This document shows positions 12,524 to 26,224 of a stretch of DNA of 64,000 nt, one piece after another (position 1 is the stretch's first letter; each line of letters opens with the position of its first letter). The translations under genes were made by a program, and so were the position numbers. The notes under the pieces are model-generated. The model saw only the letters and a list, made by a program, of their open reading frames with translations, ran no database searches and was not told where the DNA came from. Source of the DNA: Octopus sinensis (taxonomy: Eukaryota). The DNA is taken from contig NC_043005.1 of assembly GCF_006345805.1 (NCBI RefSeq), forward strand, positions 72,850,001 to 72,914,000. The letters run 5' to 3'.

Positions 12524-12674
12524 GAACAATGTTTTAGAGAAGAAGAAAATCGGCGGGCGTTTTTGCCTTCTCTCATCAATATCATCCTTATTTCATCATT
12601 CACCTCATCAGTGTATATGTCCAGCCCGCAGCTACACTTTGTAAGGCCTTTATGGCAAACTTTTATGAAATAAA

Positions 12675-13050
12675 TAGCTTGCTTACGAACCACATGGTTC
12701 CGGGTTCAGTCCCACTGCGTGGCACCTTGGGCAAGTGTTTTCTACTATAGCCTCGGGCCGACCAAAGCCTTGTGAGTGGATTTGGTGGACGGAAACTGAA
12801 AGAAGTCCGTCGTATATATGTATATGTGTGTGTGTGTGTGTGTGTGTTTGTGCGTCTGTGTTTGTCCCCCACCCTCGCTTGACAACCAATGTTGGTGTGT
12901 TTGCATCCCCGTAACCTAGCGGTTCGGCAAAAGAGACCGATAGAATAAGTACTAGGCTTACAAAGAATGAGTCTTGGGGTCGAGTTGCTCGACTAAAGGC
13001 GGTGCTCCAGCATGGCCACAGTCAAATGACTGAAACAAGTAAAAGAGTAT
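12675..13050 (+). mobile_element. SINE family A, 5'-truncated
   Basis: Family consensus match. Confidence 0.85.
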
Positions 13051-13310
13051 ATATTAAAGGAAAAGGAACATAAAACTACGGCAGGATGAGTAACTCAGGG
13101 CATTTAGAATATTTAATTAGAGTAAGGTGAATCAAAAAAGAAGTAGAAGTAAAAGCAATTCATGCCTTACAGTTGTTTCTGAGATATGCCAAGAGTATAT
13201 GTATGTGTATATGTATATGTACATATATATATATTATATATATATATATTATATATATATATAATATATATATATATATATTATATATATTAATATATAT
13301 ATATATATAT

Positions 13311-13560
13311 ATATTAGAAGAAATAAGGTACTCAGAAATCTGGATGGTTGTACATTTACAGATTTTTATTAATATGTCACATGTTTTTATAAATCATATG
13401 TTAGCGCTTGCATCTACTCTAGTAGAATCTCCAGATCTGAAGGTTCTGCTAGGGTAGATGCAAGCGTTAATATATAATTTATAAAAGCATGTAACATATT
13501 AATAAAAATCTGTAAATGTACAACCATCCAGATTTCTGAGTACCTTATTTCTTCTAATAT
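13311..13560. repeat. ~250-bp foldback palindrome in (TA)n
   Basis: Outer ~65 bp are perfect reverse complements (TATTAGAAGAAATAAGGTACTCAGAAATCTGGATGG...); inner part imperfect. Confidence 0.9.
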
Positions 13561-13611
13561 ATATTACCTGTACATCACCTCTAAAGCTTGTAATATATAT
13601 ATATATATATA

Positions 13612-14061
13612 CAAAAAGCAATAAAGATTCAAGTTAATTTAAATGAATTTACTTGAATATGGTACCTAACTTAGATGCACCAAAAAAGAACTATACTGTT
13701 TTAACAATACAGTAATGTGGGGTGATTATAAGCGAGAAAGAAGCAACAAGAATGGATAGGTTTTTAGTACAATCGTTTCATACAAGGACAGGCTTTATTA
13801 AAAGTTGTAAAAATTACAGCATATAAACGTGTCCCGTACTCATCAGCTAAAATACATGTGAGTTCTCTAGACATCCTAGTGGTTGAGGCATACTCATGAA
13901 GTAATGTAGATAATTAAGTAACATAAACAGATTTCCAAAATCTGTTTATGTTACTTAATTATCTACATTACTTCATGAGTATAGCCTCAACCACTAGGAT
14001 GTCTAGAGAACTCACATGTATTTTAGCTGATGAGTACGGGACACGTACTTTCTCGCTTATA
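13612..14061 (-). mobile_element. solo PLE pLTR (same family as 31959/36507) with an inverted partial duplication
   Basis: Starts at the same terminus CAAARAGCAATAAAGATTCAAG next to (TA)n; palindrome 13827-14046. Confidence 0.85.
13762..13852 (-). ncRNA. type I hammerhead ribozyme, canonical core
   Basis: TTTTAG-CTGATGA-GTACGGGAC..(long loop)..GTCCTTGTAT-GAAA-CGATTGTA-CTAAAA; GUA cleavage triplet. Confidence 0.8.
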
Positions 14062-14325
14062 TATATATATATATATATATATAAACTTACTTGGAGAAAA
14101 GAAAAGAAACGAAACGACGGGAGGGTGCTCAGTCATACAATAATTTAATAAATAAAATATATGCATACATACATACATATATGTACGTACCTACATCTAC
14201 ATGTATATATTATATTTTTATATGTATGGTTGTATGTGTGTATTTATATGTTTATACATATATTTATATACATATATTCAGTATATATATATATATGTAT
14301 ATATATATATGTCTATATATGTATG

Positions 14326-14492
<167 letters not shown>

Positions 14493-14690
14493 CAGCTGAA
14501 GGCAATTCACGGCCGAGAGTTTTCTGCATTTGATGCACGAATATCTCGGACCAACTCTAAATCACTTTTGTAACTTTCTATTGATCAACAAAAAGTATAT
14601 TAAGTATTTATATACTCATTTATTTAGCTCTATTTCTCCTGTTTGCACTTATGTATATACCTATGCGTGAATGTTCATGTATATATAGAA

Positions 14691-16440
14691 TCTAGAACAA
14701 TTCGCCGTAGGACTATTCGCCGTAAGACAATTAGTCGTACGGATATTTTGCCGCAAGGGCATTTTGTAGCAAAGCATAAGAAAAGAAGGATAAAAAATAA
14801 AAATAGAAACAATGAAGGTCAAACACTTTATTTAAAAAGTTAAGCTAAAAAACCAAAAAAAGCTAAAAATCATGTATGTTCATTGAGATTGCACACAAAT
14901 AATGTTGTTTTTGATTTTGATCGTAACCTCTGACAATGCTTAGTATGTGCTTATAAACATCTTTGTATTTCTTCTTTGTTGCGTTTCTCCTCTTGCTCTA
15001 TCGTTTAATCTCCTTTTTAGAAAGAGATTCTTCATTTCTCAAGACATTGATAAAGCTACCATAACTTTGGCTGAGTATTTGTAACAGATGCTTGCAGCGC
15101 ATTATGGAAACCTTCTACTCCATTGTTGGTGTTAGCCAGCTGATTTAGAGTTCTTTCATACATATTCCAAAGACCGATAGGAAAAGTAGGAGGAACTTTA
15201 CGTCTCTCCCCACTAGTGGAATGCTTTTCAAAATATGCCACACGTTCCTGTGGCAAGTCATTGTCATTCACAAGCTCTATAAATGCATCGACAGTGTTTA
15301 GAGGCGGAATGAATGCAAGTGCCATAAGGCACTTTACTTTTGTGTTAAAATCACAATCAGTTTGATATCGCATCTTTAACCCAATATCTGTCACCTTTCT
15401 GTAAACATTTTTACAGAAATGAAAAAAAAACCCAAAAAAAACCCGTTACATTTGCAGATGGAAAATTGTCAGAAAAACTTAGAAAACTATTATGTTGTGT
15501 CTAGGGAGTCATTTTCTTTTTGTGCTTTATAAATTAACACAGAATATGCTTCAACACACGAACTCACATAAAGAACCTTGCAAACCAAATCCAAACACGA
15601 AATATAATAAGCCTTAGAAAACTAGCTTGTTCAAAATCAGTCACTAGATTTTCAGGTCTTAGGGACTCGAGCAATTCGTTAACCTTTTGAAAAATTCTAT
15701 TATATGTGTCAAGAGTCTTACTCGGAAGAAGACCATAAATTTATGGGATGCATGCATGTCCTATGTTGACATGTAGAGTATATAACTGATAATAAATTTC
15801 AGGACATACCTTAAATGCTCCATTGCATACCCAATTCTTATGTATTTCTAGATTGTGCAACCCTGCAGTCGTATCAAAAATCCAGATTCTGTTTTCGTCT
15901 TCCACCTCGCTATCGTTGAGTAAAACTCTTTCTCTATTCTGTAGTCACGCAAATTCTTCGAGAATCACATAGCCGAATCTTGATCTAGGTATAAGAGGGT
16001 CGTTTTCTTCTTTTTGTCTCCATTTCTTATGTTTCTTGATAAACTTGAAGTTGATGTCATAAGAGAGCGTCCTTCATTCTCTAATTCCCCACATGCGGCA
16101 CCAATCAAAGATCTTGAAGCTAACTGGGATTTAAGTGCATTTTCTTTCATATTTTCCATTGCTTCTTGTATTTTTGGTTGACTAGGATTCGATGGATGTG
16201 TATGCTCACTTACAATTTTACAAATAGATATCTCTTCTCTACTCAGTTTTGTATGAACTCTTGCTTTACAGTTTGTATCAAAACACGTCCAATACACCTT
16301 GCCTCCATATTTTCTTTCCTGTCTGTAAATAAATTTAGTGTCGTCTACGAGCTTATCACAACCTCTGCTGTTTTTAACAGCGTACTACATCGTAAGGGTT
16401 TAACTTTCAACTTTTTATATAATTATAGAATTTTTGTATA
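14691..16440 (-). mobile_element. MULE (Mutator-like) DNA transposon, degenerate; FLYWCH and MULE transposase pseudogene at ~14950-16400
   Basis: YWTCFDTNCKARVHT..HTH (FLYWCH); TDFEQA..FP..FFHFCKNVYRKV; LAFIP..FP..WN..TNNGVEGFHN; short subterminal repeats ATTCGCCGTA near 14700. Confidence 0.85.
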
Positions 16441-16564
16441 AGGTTACCGATAATGGTTCTTTTAACATACCGAACTACTTGGTAAAATTATTAATTATTA
16501 ATTGATTAATTAATTTTACCCTTTATTATAATTCATAATATATATCTGTATATATATACACTTT

Positions 16565-16962
16565 TAATCTTTTACTCTTTTACTTGTTTCAGTCATTTGA
16601 CTGCGGCCATGCTGGAGCACCGCCTTTAATCGAGCAACTCGACCCCAAGACTCATTCTTTTGTAAGCCCAGTACTTATTCTATCGGTCTCTTTTGCCGAA
16701 CCGCTAAATACACCAGCATCGGTTGTCAAGCAATGCTAGGGGGACAAACACACTCACACAAACATACACACGCATATATATATATGTATACATATATACG
16801 ACGGGCTTCTTTCAGTTTCCGTCTACCAAATCCACTCACAAGGCTTTGGTCGGCCCGAGGCTATAGTAGAAGACACTTGCCCAAGGTGCCACGCAGTGGG
16901 ACTGAACCCAGAACCATGTGGTTGGTAAACAAGCTACTTACCATACAGCCACTCCTGCGCCT
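16565..16962 (-). mobile_element. SINE family A
   Basis: Full-length consensus match. Confidence 0.9.
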
Positions 16963-16990
16963 ATATATATATATACACTATATATATAGT

Positions 16991-17038
<48 letters not shown>

Positions 17039-17142
17039 TATACATATATATATATATTAGGTTATCCCATAAGTAATGTCCGGATTTTAAATAAGCAAAA
17101 CAAGTGATCAAATCTTACATGTGTGTGTGTGTATGTGTATAT

Positions 17143-17177
<35 letters not shown>

Positions 17178-17858
17178 CCGACTTCTCAAAAAGCAGTAGA
17201 CACCCTACATTATATCGTTTTATCTGAGCAGACACTACTTATCTACCAACTGCTCCGAACTCGTCTATGTATTATGCACAAGTCATATCTACTACGCTCT
17301 AGATTAAGTATCTAAATCTATCAAGTGTCGTTATTTTGTTTCTAGAAATAAATATTTAAAAAAATGATGCCGTCTATTTACTTTGAAGGTGTCTATATAC
17401 AAGCACGCACGCGCGCGCACACATACGCACGTACATACATTTGGATACATATAATCTCTCTCTCTCCCTTCATCTCTGGTTTTGTATAAATGTATGTGTA
17501 TTATATAGGAAGGTTGCTTCCCAACTACAAGGTTCAGGGTTCAATCCTACTGCGTGGCATCTTGGGCAAGCGTCTTTTACTACAACCTCGGGACGACGAA
17601 AGCCTTGTGAGTGGAGTTGGTTGACGGAAACTGAAAAAAGCCCGTCGTATATGTATATGAGATCAAACCATGTTTGTAGGGTTTCTAAACTTCAAACAAA
17701 ATAATCGATCTGAAAAAAACAACATATAATCAATTCCCGTACATTAAAGAACATATACAACAAATATGGAGAAAAAATTATAATTAATAAATAAATTATA
17801 GGTATTTTAAAATAGGGGTTACTTTTCAACCACTCTGTGTGTATAAATATATATATAT

Positions 17859-17907
<49 letters not shown>

Positions 17908-17935
17908 CGTGTGCGTGTGCGCGTGTGTGTGTGTG

Positions 17936-18235
17936 TGGAGGCGCAATGGCCCAGTGGTTAGGGCAGCGGACTCGCGGTCGTAGGATCACGGTTTCGATTC
18001 CCAGACCGGGTGTTGTGAGTGTTTATAGAGCGAAAACACCTAAAAGCTCCCTGAGGCTTCGGTAGAGGGTGATGGCGATCCCTGCTGTACTCTTTCGCGA
18101 CAACTTTCTCTCTTTCTTCTGTTGGCCTGCTCGCTTAGCCAGCGGGGTGGCGTCATTTGAAGGCTAAAGAACAATGCGAAGCACGTTGTGACCAGCGATG
18201 TGTAGCAACATCTGATAGCCTGGTCGGTCACAGTG
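17936..18235 (+). mobile_element. tRNA-derived SINE family C (GGAGGCGCAATGGCCCAGTGGTTAGGGCAGC head), tail type 1
   Basis: A box TGGCCCAGTGG and B box GGTTTCGATTCC. Confidence 0.85.
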
Positions 18236-19040
18236 ATATATATATATATATATATGCTGTTTGGATATATTTGAGGTACCTAAATGTATGCATGACTTTG
18301 CATCCGCATTTTCCGTAGGTATATGTGAGTGATCCATTTATTTCTAATTGTGTTTTTCGCTGAAGAAGAAAGAATCCTTGTGGATTAAATCCAGAAATCG
18401 GTCCGATTCGAAAATAGCGAATTAAAAAAAAAATTCTGCTGGCTTGCTTTCCTCGTTTCAGTGCGCTGTGTATTTTTAGTGAAAAATATTACATGTAGTT
18501 AGATGATTTAAGGTCTATTTTGCAGTATATTGCCATAGAAAATATTTTCTTTTGCCCTTATAACTGCTTATATTTTCACCTTGAAAGGCCACTGATAAAA
18601 TTTGTTTTGAAAAATTGTATCCTTCTATTAGAAGAGTATATAGATATATATATATTCATGTATAAATACATATATGCAAATGTAATATATGTATATGTGT
18701 ATACATATATACATATGTATATATTTAGAGTAGAAAGATACTGCAGGTATCTTCGCCAGACATATCTGGTATAATCTACGCGGTCACGTCAAATGAGGCA
18801 TGTAAAATTAGATATCGTCCATAAATAAATATGGAAACATTTGCGTTGCATGTGAAACTATACGCCATAATTTGTTGGTCTTCAAACTATTTTCTTTCGG
18901 TTATTTCGTCCCTTGTGGAGCCCCACACACTCACATGTGTGTGTATACATATCTAAATATATGCACGCATATTGTATATATAACTGATCGTATTAATATA
19001 TATTGCATCTCTCTCTCTCTCTCTCAATATATATACGTAC

Positions 19041-19073
<33 letters not shown>

Positions 19074-19309
19074 ATATATATTATATATATATATATATAT
19101 ATATGGTTTATATACAACCTGTTATTTTATGGATATTAATTTCCCCCCAAAATATAAGGTATTCAACCAGTATTTCCTTAGATGACCCCATCCCTTGATA
19201 AGGCTAACATAACCTCTAATTGAATTATATGTAAATACGTACATGTATATATATATATATATATATATACAAACATAGATATATGCATATATGCAAAAAC
19301 ACCCACATG

Positions 19310-19340
<31 letters not shown>

Positions 19341-19561
19341 GTAAGCATGCATGTATGTATGCATACAGAGATAGATGGATAGATAGTCAGATAAACAAAG
19401 AGATACATTAAAAGAGAGATAGGCATACATGCATATACACACGGACCCACACGCAGACAAACATACATGTGTACATGCATATTTGCATCCTGAGCATGCA
19501 TAACTGTATATATTTATTTCGTGTGTATATATTTGTACATAATGCTTATATATGTGTGTTA

Positions 19562-19603
<42 letters not shown>

Positions 19604-19973
19604 TACATATGTGCATGGTGGTAATGCCAGCAGTAGCTGCTAATTCCTGTTAGAGATGTCGAGGCGCCTTCTTCAGACAACGTGTCTTAGGCATTTTAAG
19701 CGTGTGGAATAAATCCCTCTCTAGTCAGACTACAGCCATAATATCTAATACACACATACACACGCGCGCGCGCGCACAGAAAGGGAAAGAGAGAGTGAGA
19801 GAGTGAGAGAGAGAAAGAGAGAGCGGAAGAAAGGGAGACAGAGAAACGGAAAACGAAAGTAAGGGATAGACAAAAATTGTTTATTTGCACATTCACACAC
19901 ACAGGGCTACGTACGCCTGCACAGGCATAATATACAACACACACACACACACGCACATACAGACACAGACACA

Positions 19974-20006
<33 letters not shown>

Positions 20007-20091
20007 TAAACACCGATATGCACCATGACGCATGCGCGCACATATACACACATATTCATCAACGTGCACGAACGTACAAATATAATATATA

Positions 20092-20500
20092 TTTCTTTAC
20101 TGCCCACAAGGGGCTAAACAGAGAGGGGACAAACAACGACAAACAAGGACATTAAGTCGATTACATCGACCCCAGTGCAAAACTGGTACTTTATTTATCG
20201 ACTCCGAAAGGATGAAAGGCAAAGTCGACCTCGGCGAAATTTGAACTCAGAACGTAGCTGCAGACGAAATACCTGTTTCTTTACTACCCACAAGGGGCTA
20301 AACACAGAGAAGGACAAACAAGGACAGACAAACGGATTAAGTCGATTATATCGTCCCCAGTGCGTAACTGGTACTTTATTTATCGACTCCGAAAGGATGA
20401 AAGGCAAAGTCGACCTCGGCGGAATTTGAACACAGAACATAACGGCAGACGAAATACTGCTAAGCATTTCGCCCGGCGTGCTAACGTTTCTGCCAGCTCG
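20092..20500 (-). mobile_element. SINE family B with a tandem ~185-bp duplication of its 3' part
   Basis: CCCACAAGGGGCTAAACA...GACGAAATAC is present twice. Confidence 0.85.
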
Positions 20501-20885
20501 ATATAGAAATATACATACACACGCACACACACTACTGTGGGGCGCGTTTACATACAAGTTGGACAAAAATGAGTGAAAGTAAGAGTGAACAGAGAGAGAG
20601 AGAGGGAGAGAGAGAGAGAAAGTGAGATGAGAATTGTTTTCTATCATACACTACTAAATGAAGAAAATTATTGAATTAAAAATAAATCTTCGTTTAAAAA
20701 TGAGACTTATTACACCAGCTAATTTGATTATTTTCCAGAAAATTAAAAAAGTATTTCTGTGTCTGTTTAACTGTATAGCGTTTGTAAACAACACACGCGC
20801 CAGCAACAAGAGCATCAACAACAAATCTAACACAAACAACTACAAAAATAATGTGTAAATTATAATTAGCATATACACACACACA

Positions 20886-21150
20886 GTGGAGGCGCAATGG
20901 CTCAGTGGTTAGGGCAGCGGACTCGCGGTCGTAGGATCGCGGTTTCAATTCCCAGACCCGGCGTTGTGTGTGTTTATTGAACAAAAACATCTAAGGGTGA
21001 TGGGGTCCCCTGTTGTACTCTTTCGCCCCTTTCTCTCACTCTCTCTTCCTGTTTCTTGAGTAATGCTGCGATGGACTGGCGTCCCGTTCAGCTGGGGGGA
21101 ACACATACGCTACAGAAACCTGGCAAGGCTTGAAAAGGGCGCATAATAAG
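20886..21150 (+). mobile_element. SINE family C, tail type 2 (GATGGACTGGCGTCCCGT)
   Basis: Head identical to 17936; internal deletions. Confidence 0.8.
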
Positions 21151-21838
21151 AGAAATTTGCTTATAGCCAAGACAAGTAGGCTTTCTTATAACAATAAGAA
21201 CAATATTAGAATCATTTGCATCATTAAAAAGTCTATGTATAAATAGATCATTGATCAAAGTACAAGGTAAAAATTGTCTTGTCGCTGTAGGTCAGTGTGT
21301 GTGTGTGTGTTTTGGGTGTATGTCTCTGTAACTGTGACTGTTTGTCCCTCACCACCGCTTGACAACCGATGTTGACCAAGAAATTAAGTACTGGAGTTGA
21401 TTCGTTCGAGTAAAATTCTTCAAGGCAGTGCCCCAGCATGGTCGCAATGTAATGACTGAAGCAAATAAAAGAGAGTAGCATCTTCTATTAGTAGCCAAAT
21501 GTGACGTCTCTTCCTTGCGCCTTCTCATTACGCCTTTGTTACACCTTTCTTGAAAGTCTCAACGTTTGGTTTACTGTGTCTAGTTTATGATGTATTCTGA
21601 TTCAAAAATCTTTATTTTCGATCCAGATCTTAGATCAGAATGATTTTAGATCTTTCTGAGGAAGAACCCTTTTAAAAATTATTTTACTTTGTATATTTTA
21701 GTTTTCCTTTCATCCTCCCGTAAACAGCATGTGAATTTACAAGTAAACTTGCAATTTGGATGCATATAAATATGTATACATGTTTGCATATGTAGGCATG
21801 CGCCTACAAACATACGGTGAGAAAGAAAGTCAATGAAT

Positions 21839-21901
<63 letters not shown>

Positions 21902-22473
21902 TGGGGTAAAGAGAAGATATAAGTAGCCTGTGGCAAAGCAGCAATTCGATAGATGCAATGATATTTTATCAATCTTTGAAGAGCACCTCAAGTAGCAGCG
22001 TATGTAAATATTGTTAGACTGAACGTCTTTGTAAACCAATCAGTTTGAAAGATGAGAAGAATTGTTTATGTTAAGCTCGAAAGTTTGGTCCAGTGCTAAG
22101 AGCAGGAAACCTGCCGACAGAATAGTTTTTTTTTCTTGTTTGTTCTCGTATTTTTTTTTTATTTCTTTTTATTCATATTTTATTGTTATTTTCTCTGTTT
22201 TGAATCTGTTGGAGTAAATGATAGTATTCCTTCCTATTATACGTGTAAATCCACCCGTCTTTCTGTATGTATGTATATTTCTATATATATACACACACAC
22301 GAATATATATATGTATATATACACACGCGCGCACACACACATATACATATATATATATATTTATAAAAGTATGTGTGTGTGGTATATATATATATATATA
22401 TATATAAATGTACGCATATATAGACATGTAAATATATGTATATATACCATATATAAATATATATATATATATA

Positions 22474-25451
22474 TACTTTATTTTAAGCACAGAAAATTCA
22501 ACAAAATCTCTTACTCTGAGTTTCTCGTTGCCGTTCATCAGACAGTTTTTGCTAGAATGGAACTATATATTAATTCAATCTATACTCTTACAAACGTACA
22601 CCTTTAAAAAGAAATGGACTTGTTTGATTGGCCCTTTAGAAAAACGGTCAATCTTCGAGCGATAAACAAAAGGTCAAAATTATGTATATATATATAAAAA
22701 ACTTATAAAAATTATAAAATCCGAGGAAAAACCGAGGAAAAACCTATTGCCGTAATGAAGACAGTACAATTAATGCATAGAAATTAACCTGTTATAAAGA
22801 CTGCAATACATATTTATATTAAAATCCACATATAAATCCGGCTAAAACTGAGATAGGAATTATTAGCAAAAATATTTTAGACCGTATTTTAGTTAAGTTA
22901 GATAGTGAAGTAGACTTGAGAATTTGGAAGAATCGTAGTCAGTTTATAGAGTGGTTTAAGGTATTAGCTATAAGAATAATTGTAGTTTCACACAATTCGA
23001 CATATTGACTTTTACCCGTCGATATCTAGGACGTTGCTCCTAAGGGCATTGGACTTCGCCAAGCAGTATGTCACATCGATAGCTCGGAAATTGAAATTAT
23101 TATGCATGCGAGGAAATCGCTTCTGTTTTTCGAGGATTCCACCTGGATTAAGAAGACTGAGGATTCTCTTTTCGATGTACCGATGGGGGCATACGACGGG
23201 GCTGAATTATGTATGCTCATAGGAGCCTTTATTCTCCATAATCTAAAAATAGAATTCCCATTTATAGATGCAGGTCTATATAGGGATGACGGCCTTATAG
23301 CCACGCATAATCTAAACGGCCATGAATCAGATAGACTTAGGAAGGACCTTATAGCTTTCTTTCAAAGGATGGGCTTACGGATTACGATAGATACTAACCT
23401 GAATAGTGTAGATTTTTTTAGACGTAAATTTTAATGTACGATCGGATAGATTTAAACCTTTCCGTAAGCCCAATGAAAAGCTATCGTATATTAGCAAAGA
23501 TTCGAACCATCCACCAGTTATCCTTAGCAACTTAGTCAGCAATGTAGGTAGAAGATACTTCATTTCTTCGGACGAGGCAGCATTCCATAATGCTGCACCT
23601 TATACGATAGCGCATTAAAGAATAGTGGATTCTCGGAGAAGATCCAGTTCAACCAGCTTAATGCTAATAAATATGCTGCACGAAGAACTAGGACCAGGAA
23701 AGTTTTGTGGTTCAACCCGGCTTTCAATTTGGCCGTAAAGACTAATATAGGTAAGGAATTTTTGAGATTAGTCTCTAAGCATTTTAAAAGGGTCATAATT
23801 CTACAGAATATTTAATAGAAGAACCCTGAAGGTTAGCTATTCTTGTTCAGAAATTTCGCCTCTTACATTAGCCAACATAATAGGAAGCTAATTGAGATTA
23901 GACATGGTGCCGAGCCCATTAAGAAATGTAATTTCAAAAACGAAAGCTCCTGTCCGTTAGAAGGGAAATGTCTAGTGGAAAGGAGTAGTTTATAGAGCCA
24001 AGGTGCAAGTGAAGGCTCATCGGAATACAAGACTACACAGGGCTTCAGAAAATTCATTTAAAACAAGATTTTATTCTCATAAGAATTCTTTTAAATACCC
24101 AGAGAATAGGAAGAAAACCGCCTAGCAAAATATGTCTGGGAACTAAAAAGAAAGGAAGCCCCACCTTTCAACGTGACATGGAGCATTCTGGACAGGGCGC
24201 ACCATACAGCATGGAGCTTACAAATATAATTTCGTGCAGGCTTGCTTATTAGAGAAAATGCACATATTATTCAAAGACATAATTCTTTGAATCAAAGAAG
24301 TGAGTTAATGACTTATGTAGCACGCGGCTAATTTAAAATGTCGAATATAAATATACCATATGGATAGAGTATATATTTTTTATTTTGATTTTTGATTTTG
24401 ATTTTGACTCTTGAGCGCTACGACGGACCTATAGCAAAGTCTTATTGTTTCTACATATATATTAGGAAAAACCTACAAACTTTGTTTTCATGTTATTGTA
24501 TTGCATAGGATTACCTTGATTATTTATATTACCTTGATTATTTATAAAGACCCAAAATAGGATGTTATATTTTATTTTATATGTCTTTTCGTATATATTT
24601 TTATTAATGCACCCATTTTTTTAAAAGCAATGTTTTTTTTAAAAAAAGCAATGTTTGTCAAATTAGAATGTTTAATAAGTTTGTGTATAGCAAAGCATAT
24701 GTATTTGTAAGCATGCGTATCTGTGTTATGTGTAAGTGAAAGTATGCTTGTGCTTAAGCACGCATACACACGACGTATGTAATGTATCCAATTCAAACTT
24801 GTGTAGTATACTGGCCTCTATAATGCCAATAACATCGCTACAAGTTTTTTCCCCACCCCCTCCTCGTTCCGTTTTCTCTCTTTCCCTTTCTTTTCGTTCC
24901 CCCTCCTTGCTCAGTATATGAGAATTGCTACATAGATGAATTTTAGCTTGCGTGCGAGACGGTTTGCGTGAATATATGTACACATGCTTTTATGTGTATA
25001 ATTTCGATTCATATTCATACGTCTGTATATGTATGTATGGCGTTTACCGCGATCCTTTTGTGTATGTTGATATATATATGTGGATTTTAATATAAATATG
25101 TATTGCAGTATTTATAACAGGTTTAATTTCTATGCATTAATTTGTACTGTCTTCATTAACGGCAATAGATTTTTTCCTCGGTTTTTTCTTCGGATTTTAT
25201 AATTTTTAATAAGTTTTTTTATATATATATACATATATTTTGTGACCTTTTTGTTTATCGCTCGAAGATTGACCGTTTTTTCTAAAAGGCCAATCAAACA
25301 AGTCCATTTCTTTTTAAAGGTGTAGCGTTTGTAAGATTATAGATTGAATTAATATTATTTCCATTCTAGCAAAAACTGTCTGATGAACGGCAACGAGAAA
25401 CTCAGAGTAAGAGATTTTGTTGAATTTTCTCTGCTGCTTAAATAAAGCATA
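22474..25451 (+). mobile_element. 5'-truncated Penelope-like retroelement with an inverted pLTR (RT and GIY-YIG pseudogene at ~22835-24340)
   Basis: INPAKTEIGIISK, FYPSIS, PMGAYDGAELC, YRDDGL (RT); CPLEGKCL..KYVWELK..LNQRSEL (GIY-YIG); ~360-bp inverted repeats at 22474-22832 and 25077-25451. Confidence 0.9.
25371..25418 (+). ncRNA. hammerhead-like motif in the pLTR (identical inverted copy at 22503-22550)
   Basis: CTGATGA-ACG(GCAA)CGA-GAAA-CTCAGAG-TA; imperfect stem I and an A.A closing pair in stem II. Confidence 0.5.
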
Positions 25452-25519
25452 TTACTCTACCACTGGTATTTGAGTACTCTTTTTCCACCTTGTTTCACCC
25501 ATTTATGTGTTTACTCCGG

Positions 25520-25562
<43 letters not shown>

Positions 25563-25569
25563 CTGTCAT

Positions 25570-26110
25570 TTTTTCTCGCCCCTCCTTAATTCTTCTGTCC
25601 CTCTGCCTCTACTTCTCTCTCTCTTCTTTTCCCACGTGACCGGCGTTCGGCCAAGCCTGTTCTTTCTTTCTTAGTCTTCCCGTTGTCCGTGCAACATCAA
25701 TATTCCTCCCTGTGCTTGTGAAATCTTGTATCCCTGCTGTAAGGCTTCATTTCCACACACGCCAGCTTAATTTAATTCGTCCTTAGTCGAAAGACACCTA
25801 TTGTTATGTCCCGTTATTATTTTTATTGTATTTGGGTATCATCCGTTTTTTCCGTCCTTGTTTTTGTATACATTCGCTGCTTTCTTCCAAGGAATCTAAT
25901 GCTCTTAGTTTAGTTTTTCCTTGGGGCTGGCCAGATTGGAGCAACCTCAAGTATAATCAGTCGAAATTGCGAGGATAATCCTGGTGCTTGACTGAGGAAA
26001 GAAAACTTCGAATGACCCATCCTTGTTTTCTTTGTATTGTCTATCTGGATGTTTTGTTGTCTCCTTTTTGTATCACCTAACTGTCCGGATGTTTTGCATT
26101 CTTGTCCCAT
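25570..26110 (+). mobile_element. unclassified non-autonomous repeat (related fragment at 37400-37580, minus)
   Basis: AATCAGYCGAAATTGC..GATRATC..GGTKCTTGACTGA..CTTCGAATG shared by both loci. Confidence 0.5.
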
Positions 26111-26143
26111 TTTGTATTATATATATATACATACACAGACACA

Positions 26144-26177
<34 letters not shown>

Positions 26178-26224
26178 CACACACACACACGCACTCACAC
26201 ACACACACACACACATATATATAA

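Noticed and set aside
17936-18010. tRNA gene calls for SINE heads (families A, B, C and 5378-5447)
   Set aside because: A and B boxes are present, but there is no complete cloverleaf or acceptor stem and no T-run terminator, and each continues into a SINE body
18348-18422. CTGAAGA...GAAA hammerhead candidate
   Set aside because: Five extra nucleotides precede stem II and there is no plausible stem III or cleavage triplet
22474-25451. TIR DNA transposon interpretation
   Set aside because: The interior encodes PLE RT/GIY-YIG rather than a DDE transposase, and the repeats carry an HHR-like motif
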